From the IMG/VR virus record IMGVR_UViG_2713896798_000012: DNA of 37,210 nucleotides, one strand, 5' to 3'. A program made the translations under genes and the position numbers. Numbering within the stretch: position 1 is the stretch's first letter; every line of letters starts with the position of its first letter. This DNA is from a virus (taxonomy: Duplodnaviria > Heunggongvirae > Uroviricota > Caudoviricetes). This document shows, one piece after another, positions 10,049 to 18,450 of the stretch. The notes under the pieces are model-generated. The model did not search any database. It saw nothing but the letters and a program-made list of their open reading frames with translations, and had not been told where the DNA came from.

Positions 10049-10470
10049 CTTCCCCTCCCGGTCAGTTCACGGATCAACACTGTGAGCAGCTCTGGCGATG
10101 GATTTTCCAGCGTCATGTTACCGTGACGGAATTCCACCTTGCAGGAACTGGCACTGACTCTGGTCTGAGTGGAAGTGGATAAAGACGGCGCAATGGCCGC
10201 CACAGGTTCTTTCTGCTCATCCGGCGTTATTTCTACAGGTAATAATTCAACGCCAGTGTCAGAAGAGGTCGTTACCGGAAGACGCCGCGAAACACGCCCT
10301 TCGTTCTGCCAGAGCCTGAGCCATTTGAAAATAACATTATCATTGACGCCATTTTCACGTGCAATCTGTGCAACACAAGCTCCAGGTTGTGATGCCAGTT
10401 CCACCATACGAAGTTTGAATTCATTCGAATAGTTTTTACGAGGTTCTTTTCGCCAGTCCTGTAATTCCAT
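10045..10470 (-). CDS. tnpA: IS66-family accessory protein TnpA
   Basis: 141 aa, HTH-like N-terminus; overlaps tnpB start. Confidence 0.8.
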   Translation of the reverse strand: MELQDWRKEPRKNYSNEFKLRMVELASQPGACVAQIARENGVNDNVIFKWLRLWQNEGRVSRRLPVTTSSDTGVELLPVEITPDEQKEPVAAIAPSLSTSTQTRVSASSCKVEFRHGNMTLENPSPELLTVLIRELTGRGR

Positions 10471-10555
10471 ACTTAGATGTCCGTCTATATCAGATGGGCG
10501 TCTAAGTTACCAATTCTCGTCTGATGGCTACATACGGCGGTCAGTTTACGCTTAC

Positions 10556-10888
10556 GTACTCCTGACGACAGAAGTTATTAAATTCCTTCTCCGACTGTTT
10601 AAGCTCCGCATTCTCTGCCGCCAGCACCGAAAACTTCTCGTGTGCCAACTTAACAGCCGCATCAGCCTGCTTAATTGACTCAATCGCTTTCTGTTGGTCT
10701 TCGGCCAGCTCCGCTAAATTAGCCTCCAGTTCGGCTATGCGTTCGTTTAATGCATCTCGTTCATCCAGTAGCGCCAGCACAACCTGAGGTGTGACTTTCA
10801 TACGAAATGCCAGCAATTTTTGAGGCGTTGCTACTGTTTCAATTGCTACTGCCGCCTCACGCAGTGCCTGATAGTCAATTTTGCTCAC
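10556..10888 (-). pseudogene. 5' portion of an Ea22/Ead-like gene truncated by IS copy A
   Basis: Track ORF 10541-10888 runs 15 nt into the IS terminal repeat (…FCRQEY|VSVN*); N-terminus MSKIDYQ.LRE matches the paralog at 30985. Confidence 0.75.
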
Positions 10889-11085
10889 TGGTTGCCTCCT
10901 TTGCGCAACATCGCATTCAGATATTTGTTGTCATTAACAGAACCGAAACTCTTTCTCTTAAGCAATTCCTCTCTCGAGGGCATTGGCTTTACGCGTTGGC
11001 GAATAATCATTTCTGCCGGAAGAATGCCGGGATTGTATGCAAGTCCTCTCATGGTAAATTCCTCAGTCATTACTGATAGCGCCAT
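10885..11085 (-). CDS. Hypothetical small protein (C-terminus …RKGGNQ)
   Basis: 66-aa ATG ORF; its stop overlaps the next start as in the ea22-like tandem genes. Confidence 0.4.
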   Translation of the reverse strand: MALSVMTEEFTMRGLAYNPGILPAEMIIRQRVKPMPSREELLKRKSFGSVNDNKYLNAMLRKGGNQ

Positions 11086-11359
11086 AGCGTGAGCGGTAAT
11101 TACGCAGGCGCGGGTCGATATATTCAGGGAATTTGTCTATTGTCGCTTTTCGCAACGGTCTCATTGCTGTTTCGTTTGTTCGGTCCTTCTCCTGTTTTAG
11201 CGCGAGTTGTATATCGCGTCGGTACATCCGTTCTGCTTTTGTTTCTGGTGTCAGAGCAAGAAACGCGTCGAAATTGTTTTTGATATTTTCCAGCACCTCC
11301 GCCTTGGAGCTACCGGAGCAGTTGCGCGGGTCATCCGCACCATACAGAGGCGCTGGCAT
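11063..11359 (-). CDS. Hypothetical protein
   Basis: 98-aa ORF in the early-left operon orientation. Confidence 0.4.
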   Translation of the reverse strand: MPAPLYGADDPRNCSGSSKAEVLENIKNNFDAFLALTPETKAERMYRRDIQLALKQEKDRTNETAMRPLRKATIDKFPEYIDPRLRNYRSRYGAISND

Positions 11360-11382
11360 AATGGGAGCCTTATTTTCAGTAA

Positions 11383-11970
11383 TCAGAAAGGAGGGTAATC
11401 GTTCTGGCTGTAACCATAATCATCTGCATGATTATGGCTTACGTTTTTAGAGCGATTGTCTTTATCTTTGAGGCTGGCAACCATGTTGGCGATAGTTTCT
11501 GGTTGCTTGCCTTCTGCCTTTTCTTTAAGGGTTTGACCTGTTTGTGCAATAAACGGGATGCGTATTTCCATCTGGTAGCTGTCTGCGCCAGTCTTTTTGT
11601 TTGTGGTTAATACTTTCTGGAGCACTAACCCGATTTTCTTTCCATGAAATTCAGGTGCAACAAATTTACTGGCGGAAACCATATGTTGCGTTAATTGTCC
11701 AATCCCGGCACACCCCATCATGGCGTGAACGACATTTGCGCCAAATTTGTTTTCCGTGCCGTCATTTTTCTGAACACAGACGCTAAGATACTGGATTTTA
11801 CGTCCGTCGTCGGATTCTCCAGAAAACTCAATAAATTTGGCTCCTTTTTCTGATTGCTTGAGTTCTGCTTCAGTAATGGTAATTATGTGAGCGCCAGTTT
11901 CGTTAATAAAACCACCTTGCCCTGCGGTCAGTGCTGCTTCTTCGTTATAAGTAAAAATTACGTTGCTCAT
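11383..11970 (-). CDS. Hypothetical phage protein (195 aa), possible partner of the adjacent ATPase
   Basis: ORF with upstream RBS-like sequence; no family confidently recognised. Confidence 0.5.
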   Translation of the reverse strand: MSNVIFTYNEEAALTAGQGGFINETGAHIITITEAELKQSEKGAKFIEFSGESDDGRKIQYLSVCVQKNDGTENKFGANVVHAMMGCAGIGQLTQHMVSASKFVAPEFHGKKIGLVLQKVLTTNKKTGADSYQMEIRIPFIAQTGQTLKEKAEGKQPETIANMVASLKDKDNRSKNVSHNHADDYGYSQNDYPPF

Positions 11971-11974
11971 GCTT

Positions 11975-12595
11975 TTATCCTTTTGATAAGGCCTTGTCTA
12001 CAGACCAATGATATGTGTAAATCCTGCTTCTTACCGTGCTTGGGTTTAATCCAGTTTTTTCGCAGTGCTCTGAAATTGTTGCCAGCACTCCATTGAATTT
12101 AAATAATACGGTATTACTCTTATTTCTTGCTTGCTCGATACTTTTCTGCCATTCGCAATTTGATGGTTCGTAATTACCATTGTTATCAATTCTTCCCAAT
12201 GTAGTTCCGTCAGGTCTTTTTCCCATATCAGCGAAAAATAATTTAAAGTTCAGCCACCGTTCACAAACAGTTATTCCTCTTCCTCCATAGTGTTTGTATT
12301 TACTATTTCTTTCATTGAAGCATCTTGTTAACATTGAAGACCATGACTTGTATGTTGGTGTTCCATACATGCCATGTTTGTTTTTTCTTGCTTTTGTTGT
12401 AGATGAGCGTGAGCAACCACAACTTCTTGTGTGCCCTGAACGGAGGTTGCCAAGCTGTTTAACACAAACTACTCCGCAGTCACACACACAGTTTACCAAC
12501 CTTTGAGTACCACGCATTCCTGCATCACCAATAACAACTAAATTGCCAAATCTCTCGCCGGATACCTCAAGACGTCTCATTTTTTTCAAACCCAT
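11975..12595 (-). CDS. Cys-rich putative DNA-binding/nuclease-like protein
   Basis: 206 aa; CxCDCGVVC…CGCS zinc-ribbon-like cluster and a YKSWSSMLTRC…YGGRGITVCERW motif I associate with phage DNA-binding or HNH-like proteins. Confidence 0.45.
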   Translation of the reverse strand: MGLKKMRRLEVSGERFGNLVVIGDAGMRGTQRLVNCVCDCGVVCVKQLGNLRSGHTRSCGCSRSSTTKARKNKHGMYGTPTYKSWSSMLTRCFNERNSKYKHYGGRGITVCERWLNFKLFFADMGKRPDGTTLGRIDNNGNYEPSNCEWQKSIEQARNKSNTVLFKFNGVLATISEHCEKTGLNPSTVRSRIYTYHWSVDKALSKG

Positions 12596-13223
12596 AGTAA
12601 GAGCATATTTTTTTATCTACTTCGTACAAATCATTATCAATAAACTGACTATCAAACATCCCAACCGGACTTTTACAACAATCACTCCCGTTTGTCTGGG
12701 TGGAAAATGAGTATTTTCCGTTCTGTACGTGAGTTCTTAACACGATAGTGAAATAACCTTCAGGAACAAGTGTCGAATCGACTAGTTTTCCGACGGTTTT
12801 CATTCGTGTATAGCCAAAATCATCAGTTTGCGTGTGTGCCAGAATATAAACTCTCCGAGTGTCTGCACCTTCACCAGCAGCCCTGAACACATCCCATGCG
12901 TTTTTCCCTATCGAGGTAAATTTGTCATATCCTCTCTCATTGCATTTACCCATTAGTTCGTTAACCATCACAGCCTGATAATCATCAATAACTACAATTT
13001 CATGCGGAGCATTAATTAGTGCCCTTACAATATTTTCAGTATTATCTGTTCTGTATATGTTCCCGTTATTGTTTTCCTTGCTTATTTTAACCCAATCACT
13101 TGATGGGAATGGTAGCGGTTTGTTTATGCACTGTATGATTAATGTTTTTTCTGGTGGTAAGTTTCTTAAACTGGTTGATTTTCCGGTGCCAGACTCACCG
13201 AGTATTAATGTCGCAGTACCCAT
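12567..13223 (-). CDS. P-loop NTPase (phage Sak4-like ATPase?)
   Basis: Walker A ILGESGTGKST and Walker B-like EIVVIDDYQ; 218 aa; occupies the recombination-module position of the pL operon. Confidence 0.6.
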   Translation of the reverse strand: MGTATLILGESGTGKSTSLRNLPPEKTLIIQCINKPLPFPSSDWVKISKENNNGNIYRTDNTENIVRALINAPHEIVVIDDYQAVMVNELMGKCNERGYDKFTSIGKNAWDVFRAAGEGADTRRVYILAHTQTDDFGYTRMKTVGKLVDSTLVPEGYFTIVLRTHVQNGKYSFSTQTNGSDCCKSPVGMFDSQFIDNDLYEVDKKICSYYGFEKNETS

Positions 13224-13231
13224 AATTCACC

Positions 13232-13432
13232 TCAGAATGGTAATTCGGATGGGGAGGAAAGAAATTCGCGCTCATTCATGCGCTCTCTTTGTGCCTGCCA
13301 TAAGCAAAGTTGTTTCTTTGATTTATCTCCCGCTTTACGCCAGTAACGAGCCTCAGCAATGTGATACTCTCTTTTTAATCGACTTAACTCTGGGGTTTTC
13401 GCCAGTTCTACCGGAATCATTTTGACCTCCAT
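13232..13432 (-). CDS. Hypothetical small protein
   Basis: 66-aa ORF between kil and the ATPase gene. Confidence 0.35.
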   Translation of the reverse strand: MEVKMIPVELAKTPELSRLKREYHIAEARYWRKAGDKSKKQLCLWQAQRERMNEREFLSSPSELPF

Positions 13433-13530
13433 TTTCTGTAGGCTTCTACGGCTTCACGAAACATCTTTTCATCGCCAATAAAAGTGGCGATAGTGAATTT
13501 AGTCTGGATAGCCATAAGTGTTTTATCCAT
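13417..13530 (-). CDS. kil: Kil (host-killing/division inhibition peptide)
   Basis: Internal ATG giving MDKTLMAIQTKFTIATFIGDEKMFREAV…, matching lambda Kil N-terminus; overlaps cIII stop by 8 nt. Confidence 0.7.
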   Translation of the reverse strand: MDKTLMAIQTKFTIATFIGDEKMFREAVEAYRKWRSK

Positions 13531-13663
13531 TTTTTGGAACTCCTGGCTGATTAAGTATGTCGATAAGGCGTTTCCATCCGTCACGTAATTTACGGGTGAT
13601 TCGCTCAAGTAAAGATTCGGAAGGGCAGCCAGCAACAGGCCACCCTGCAATGGCATATTGCAT
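13523..13663 (-). CDS. cIII: CIII (FtsH inhibitor)
   Basis: 46 aa MQYAIAGWPVAGCPSESLLERITRKLRDGWKRLIDILNQPGVPKNG, essentially lambda CIII; AAGGAG RBS. Confidence 0.85.
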   Translation of the reverse strand: MQYAIAGWPVAGCPSESLLERITRKLRDGWKRLIDILNQPGVPKNG

Positions 13664-13721
13664 GGTGTGCTCCTTATTTATACATAACGAAAAACGCCTC
13701 GAGTGAAGCGTTATTGGTATG

Positions 13722-13750
13722 CATATAAAAAGGCCCTCACACTGGAGGGC
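13722..13750 (-). terminator. Intrinsic terminator downstream of the 156-aa moron gene
   Basis: Minus strand GCCCTC-loop-GAGGGC followed by CTTTTTAT. Confidence 0.6.
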
Positions 13751-13854
13751 AAAGAAGATTTCCAATAATCAGAACAAGTCGGCTCCTGTTTAGTTACGAG
13801 CGACATTGCTCCGTGTATTCACTCGCTGGAATGAATACACAGTGCTTATTTGTA

Positions 13855-14325
13855 CTAATAAAATACCCAATTTTCTGTTTCTTGGTTGTGTCCAAAGTTA
13901 TATTCAATATCTGGTGTTGATGTATCAATATTCTTCATCCCATCAACAAGAGTTGATACAACAGCCAAATCTTGTTTGATTCTCATTAAATGGTATTTCT
14001 TCCGGCGCAATAAACTTTCAATGGCAAGTTTCTTCGTTGGGAATGCAAAAGATCTTTCTGCATTTTTTGCTACTTTCTTAATTGCATATCTATTTCTCCT
14101 TTGTTTCCATTCCTGTAACCACTGATTTGGTGCTGGTTTAAAATTAACAATCCAATGCGCAGGAACCAACCATGCATAATGCTCTGTCTGATGAAAAGCT
14201 ATATATTGAAGTGCGTATATTTTGATCCCATCTTCTTCAACTGTCGCCTGGAATCTCCAGAAAACAGGCATTCCATCATGTTCAGTTTCTGATTCAGGAA
14301 AAGGTACGCTCCATGATTTTGTCAT
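13855..14325 (-). CDS. Hypothetical protein (AT-rich insert between N and cIII)
   Basis: 156 aa; strong GAGGTGA RBS; visibly AT-rich; followed by a 9-bp-arm hairpin and terminator. Confidence 0.6.
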   Translation of the reverse strand: MTKSWSVPFPESETEHDGMPVFWRFQATVEEDGIKIYALQYIAFHQTEHYAWLVPAHWIVNFKPAPNQWLQEWKQRRNRYAIKKVAKNAERSFAFPTKKLAIESLLRRKKYHLMRIKQDLAVVSTLVDGMKNIDTSTPDIEYNFGHNQETENWVFY

Positions 14326-14383
14326 ATCTCACCTCAAATAAGTGGTTTGCTGCCTAATTTCATTTTCTGGCGACCAACACAAG

Positions 14384-14767
14384 TCATCTTGCTGTCAGTT
14401 GTTTTGATTTCCGGTAGCCTGCCGCGTAAAGAGCTACGTTTGGAAGACATACACCAGTTTCTGGTTGCTTATGTCCAAACTCATTCGCGTACACAATGGC
14501 CGCTCGCTCCAGATTGCGTCTGTATTCTTTCTGTTGCCAGATCACGTCCTGTGCCATGAACTTAATTGGCTTAGCGTCTTCTATGCGCTCAGGCGTTTCG
14601 TGAGTACCTTTAGCCTGAATCTGCGCTCTGCTTAGAGTAGGGCGGTGTAATACTTCTGAACTTATTGCTTCTTCGCGGGCCAGCACGCCGTTAGCTAATG
14701 CCTTTGCCTTTAAACGCTCACGACGACGAGAACGTGAATTGCCTTTGAACTGAGTTCTGCGTGTCAT
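14384..14767 (-). CDS. N: Antiterminator N (Stx-phage/H-19B-type)
   Basis: 127 aa with arginine-rich motif RRTQFKGNSRSRRRERLKAKA; AGGAGG RBS; lies immediately downstream of the pL/nutL region. Confidence 0.8.
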   Translation of the reverse strand: MTRRTQFKGNSRSRRRERLKAKALANGVLAREEAISSEVLHRPTLSRAQIQAKGTHETPERIEDAKPIKFMAQDVIWQQKEYRRNLERAAIVYANEFGHKQPETGVCLPNVALYAAGYRKSKQLTAR

Positions 14768-14932
14768 ATAGACCTCCTGATGAACTTTGGTGGTGTGGTA
14801 GGTGGGAGACCCATTTCGACCTGTTTCGGCCTACTTCAATTCGGCAATAGTCCCGCAGGCCTCGCCGCTTTACGTGCGACATATTCCCGTCCATGAACCC
14901 TTCACCACACCCCAAAGTTCACTTTGGTTATT

Positions 14933-14947
14933 GCGCTTTGTCAGCGC
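14933..14947 (-). promoter_or_regulatory. Candidate nutL boxB hairpin
   Basis: Minus strand GCGCU-GACAA-AGCGC (5-bp stem, 5-nt loop), same architecture as lambda boxB; no convincing boxA found. Confidence 0.4.
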
Positions 14948-15019
14948 CGTAGATTCATATTCGAATCGTTGTATATTCACCGCCATGGTGAGTAGTGCGT
15001 CCTGCTGATGGGTGAACTT

Positions 15020-15070
15020 TATCGGAATGATAAATTAATGGCAATAGCAAAATGATAAATTCTCTTGGTT
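15020..15070 (-). promoter_or_regulatory. Putative oL/pL operator-promoter region
   Basis: Two copies of ATGATAAAT 25 bp apart (15027, 15052); the same motif recurs in the cI-cro intergenic region. Confidence 0.5.
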
Positions 15071-15240
15071 TTCAAAAATCGTATTGATTCTTATGGTGTT
15101 TTATTTTGTTGTAGGAATTCGACAGGATAAATAAAGAGATTTGAGGGAGATCTGGATTGCGTTGTTTAGCAAGTTGTATCTATCAATTTTTCAATAAATA
15201 CAATTGGTTATGTTTTTTAGGTGTGGGGATCGCGAGGCAA

Positions 15241-15264
15241 AGAAAACCCGGCGCTGAGGCCGGG
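15241..15264 (-). terminator. Intrinsic terminator after the rex-position cassette
   Basis: CCCGGC-GCTGAG-GCCGGG palindrome followed by TTTTCT on the minus strand, directly after the 250-aa ORF stop. Confidence 0.55.
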
Positions 15265-15269
15265 TTGTA

Positions 15270-16022
15270 TTATGCTGCAAGTCTCTTAACCCAAGTCTCT
15301 CTTTTGGAGAATGGTAGAACTTGGCTTGATTCATGGAAGAGTAAGGAGAGTTGTTGCATTTGATCACCAATTGCTTCGCTGTCTATAACAACAAATCTGT
15401 TGTTATACTCCTCACTTGAAGCTTTAAGATCAATTAGTTTCCCAAGCAATGAGTAAGCACTATTCCAGCTTCCTCCGTGTTTCACGCTTGATGTAAAAAC
15501 GTATTTAGGTATGTCGGTTTTTATTGTTACAGGGACGGTAATTTGATGTCCACTCAAGCCATATACGTTTTCACGAAGAGAAAGTGCGTCTCTAAGCTCT
15601 GTGTGATATAGATAATCAATAACCATACTTTCAAACTTTTCAGCTTGAACTGGCTGATACCAGTCTAACGACAAAGTTGATGCGAGTATACCAGCTCTAA
15701 TTATGTTCGATGTAATCGCACCTACATCCTTTTCTGTTGCCCAAGCAATGATTTCTCCTCGAGCATTGAGTTCTGCGCCTTCTTTAAGCAGTAATTGTCG
15801 TATCTCATCAAGTCGTTTTTTGGTAAGCGAGATCCCTCTTGCCTCCATATTCATTAAGGCATCGCATCTGTCACTAACTAAATACCTACCATTGACTTCA
15901 CGGATAAAGGCACCGACATGCTCTCCATCATCACAGTAAGTGAATGGACTGATAATTCTCAAGGTCTTGCCTATTGGATGGCATTCGAAACCTAGTTGTG
16001 AGATCACTGTTGAGCACATCAT
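15270..16022 (-). CDS. Unknown protein B of the rex-position cassette (250 aa)
   Basis: ATG overlaps upstream stop (ATGA); no recognisable motif, no obvious TM segments. Confidence 0.6.
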   Translation of the reverse strand: MMCSTVISQLGFECHPIGKTLRIISPFTYCDDGEHVGAFIREVNGRYLVSDRCDALMNMEARGISLTKKRLDEIRQLLLKEGAELNARGEIIAWATEKDVGAITSNIIRAGILASTLSLDWYQPVQAEKFESMVIDYLYHTELRDALSLRENVYGLSGHQITVPVTIKTDIPKYVFTSSVKHGGSWNSAYSLLGKLIDLKASSEEYNNRFVVIDSEAIGDQMQQLSLLFHESSQVLPFSKRETWVKRLAA

Positions 16023-16576
16023 ATTCCAAACCCCATTTGCCCCGACTCATCTTCAAGCGGTAAAGGTATTCTCCCAGAGTAAGTTATGTTCAGATGTTTA
16101 CAGAAGTAATTCCAATACCCTACCAGGTCATCTGGGTTTATGTCATCTTCGATTGGAAACGCTATTCTATCACTATAGTATCCAGCTTCTTCATAGTATA
16201 CATGGTAGTGAGCACCGTAAATGATATCTTGGTACTTCGGATGATCGACCTTGTAACTATTCGTGTGTTTGTCAAAGTGATAGGTATCTACCGCGAAAAC
16301 CCTCTTGTTATGATAGAAAGCAATAATATTTATTTTAGGGTAAGAAATCGGGTCATCAGGTTCTGAATCCTGATCTGGTTTCCATTTCAGTTCAAACTTT
16401 AGCCCTTGTATAGGTATACAATCCTCATCCAAGGGGATGATATGAGCTTGTAGCCACATATCAGAGCGACTTGGTTTCTGTTTCCATTTAACGCCAGAAA
16501 AGTTAACTATTTTTTTACAATAAAGTACTTTATCAACTTCTACTTGGCTTGGCTGATAATCATCTATTTTTGCCAA
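16019..16576 (-). CDS. Unknown protein A of the rex-position cassette (185 aa)
   Basis: TTG start per ORF track, 90 bp downstream of cI on the same strand; aromatic- and acidic-rich; no recognisable family. Confidence 0.55.
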   Translation of the reverse strand: MAKIDDYQPSQVEVDKVLYCKKIVNFSGVKWKQKPSRSDMWLQAHIIPLDEDCIPIQGLKFELKWKPDQDSEPDDPISYPKINIIAFYHNKRVFAVDTYHFDKHTNSYKVDHPKYQDIIYGAHYHVYYEEAGYYSDRIAFPIEDDINPDDLVGYWNYFCKHLNITYSGRIPLPLEDESGQMGFGI

Positions 16577-16666
16577 TGTTTACCGCCCTGTAAATTGTAG
16601 ATAAAAGTGGTTTCATCACCCAAACGTCTCTTCTGGCCACTGGCTATCAGCTATGTGACGATGAAG

Positions 16667-17371
16667 TCACGAACTTTTCAGCCACTCCCTTGCCTCGATG
16701 TCATCCAGATGGCGAGATTGCTTCAGAATACCAGCCACATACTCCACCTTTGCTACTTGATGATAAGGCAACGTTATAGGCCTGTGATCCTGGTTAATGC
16801 TTGTAAATTGGTATTCTCCATCTCTGTCATAGCCAAGAACCTTAATCATGTTGTGTCCTTCAACGGTTCTGACAAACACCTCATCACCCGGGAATACTTT
16901 GGTGTTAGGCTCAATGAGTACATATTCTCCTGATTTTATTCTGGGCCACATGCTGTCTCCTTTCACACGAAGACCAAAGGCATCTGGATCATCGCTATAA
17001 ATTTTGAGCCACCCATCGCGCTCTTCGGTCATCTCGATGGCACCATCAACACCAAGAATTGCCTCACCAACCACGCGCACTAACCCTTTTCTTACCTGAC
17101 CGACAAAAGTTAAAGAATCTGAGCATGATGCAATTGGTGTTACATCATGTACCAAATCAAGCCACCCATTAGGTAACCCAAGCGCGGCTTCAAATTTTCT
17201 TGCTAGTTTATCCCCTATGTTTCGAGTGCTTTTTTCACCGGAGACTTGCGTGAGTTGAGAAGGGCTAACCCCAAGCTTATCGGCAAAGCTTGCATTAGTG
17301 TTACCCGCGATTTTTTTATGCTCATCTAGCAAAAACGCCAGATTCGATTTGCGAATATCTTTGTTTTCCAT
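16667..17371 (-). CDS. cI: CI-type prophage repressor (HTH plus S24 LexA-like peptidase domain)
   Basis: 234 aa; N-terminal HTH; C-terminal autocleavage domain with GDSMWP Ser motif; divergent from cro. Confidence 0.85.
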   Translation of the reverse strand: MENKDIRKSNLAFLLDEHKKIAGNTNASFADKLGVSPSQLTQVSGEKSTRNIGDKLARKFEAALGLPNGWLDLVHDVTPIASCSDSLTFVGQVRKGLVRVVGEAILGVDGAIEMTEERDGWLKIYSDDPDAFGLRVKGDSMWPRIKSGEYVLIEPNTKVFPGDEVFVRTVEGHNMIKVLGYDRDGEYQFTSINQDHRPITLPYHQVAKVEYVAGILKQSRHLDDIEAREWLKSS

Positions 17372-17484
17372 CTCACAATTTTCCCTCTATTTAGCAAATG
17401 GATAAATACGCAATATGATAAATTTACATTGCGGTTGATTTATCAAAATGGTAAAGTTATTCTGTGTGATAAACGGAGGCACTA
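17372..17484. promoter_or_regulatory. Putative oR operator region with divergent pRM/pR
   Basis: Several TGATAAA(T) half-sites in both orientations (about 17400, 17415, 17437, 17467) between cI and cro. Confidence 0.5.
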
Positions 17485-17718
17485 ATGAGTAATGAACTAC
17501 TACGCTGGCGAAAAGAGGCTTCTAGTGAGGAATGGAAGCGACTCGCCGCATTAGCGAAAACTTCAGTTGGCTATCTTGACCAGATTGCATATGGATTTCG
17601 AAGAGCTTCCCCTGATAAAGCGAATGCAATCGAAGAAGCTACTCGTAATTTCACGGGTTATAAACCTGTGAAAAAGGAAAACCTAGTGTTCGTATCGCGT
17701 AGAGCATCGGCTGCATAA
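17485..17718 (+). CDS. cro: Cro-like small regulator
   Basis: 77 aa, first gene rightward of cI; GGAGG RBS; HTH-like segment. Confidence 0.6.
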   Translation: MSNELLRWRKEASSEEWKRLAALAKTSVGYLDQIAYGFRRASPDKANAIEEATRNFTGYKPVKKENLVFVSRRASAA

Positions 17719-17856
17719 GTAACACCGCTATTTTCACAATGGACATTCGTCCTACGTCGCTGACAAAGCGAGTCCCAATATATCTGACCAACTAAGGCTA
17801 CATGCGTTTCCACGCATACCTTTCAACTAACTATTCACTATTGGAAATCTTAAGAA

Positions 17857-18153
17857 ATGGAACAAACAAGTTACAGCAAACTATCCCAGCGTGACGTTGA
17901 TCGCGCAGAAACAGATTTACTCATCAACCTGTCAACGCTTACCCAGCGCGGTCTGGCAAAGATGATTGGCTGTCATGAATCGAAGATAAGCAGAACGGAC
18001 TGGAGGTTTATTGCTTCGGTCCTGTGTGCTTTCGGAATGGCATCAGACATCAGTCCGATTAGCAGGGCTTTTAAGTATGCGCTTGATGGACTCACCAATA
18101 AAAAACGCCCGGCGGCAACCGAGCGTTCTGAACAAATACAAATGGAATTTTAA
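17857..18153 (+). CDS. cII: CII transcriptional activator
   Basis: 98 aa; C-terminal half (…LTNKKRPAATERSEQIQMEF) essentially identical to lambda CII. Confidence 0.85.
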   Translation: MEQTSYSKLSQRDVDRAETDLLINLSTLTQRGLAKMIGCHESKISRTDWRFIASVLCAFGMASDISPISRAFKYALDGLTNKKRPAATERSEQIQMEF

Positions 18154-18175
18154 CAACATCCAGCGAGGTAATTAT

Positions 18176-18448
18176 ATGCGAAACAAAGGCTTTAATCCAC
18201 CTGATACACACAAAGAAGCTAAGCGTTTGCGCTTCCTTCGTTCCATTGATGAAAGAACTCAAATCTCTTTTGTGAAAGTTGCCAGAACTGAGCTTCTGAA
18301 GGCTGAGGCGAGGGCGTTGCTCCCGTCTCTACCAAAAGAGGAGGGATATACGTTCATTCCAAACGCATTTCTGGAAAAGCTGCTCAAAGAAGACATATCC
18401 GTAAGTCAGTTTAACGATGTTCTTAAGGTCTTTCGTCAAGGCAGGTAG
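18176..18448 (+). CDS. Hypothetical protein between cII and O
   Basis: Internal ATG with GAGGT RBS (MRNKGFNPPD…), 90 aa. Confidence 0.45.
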   Translation: MRNKGFNPPDTHKEAKRLRFLRSIDERTQISFVKVARTELLKAEARALLPSLPKEEGYTFIPNAFLEKLLKEDISVSQFNDVLKVFRQGR

Positions 18449-18450
18449 TT

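Larger units (their letters stand above)
8024..10555 (-). mobile_element. IS66-family insertion sequence, copy A (2,532 bp)
   Basis: GTAAGCG… terminal inverted repeats at both ends; tnpA-tnpB-tnpC set on minus strand; identical to copy B by ORF translations. Confidence 0.9.
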
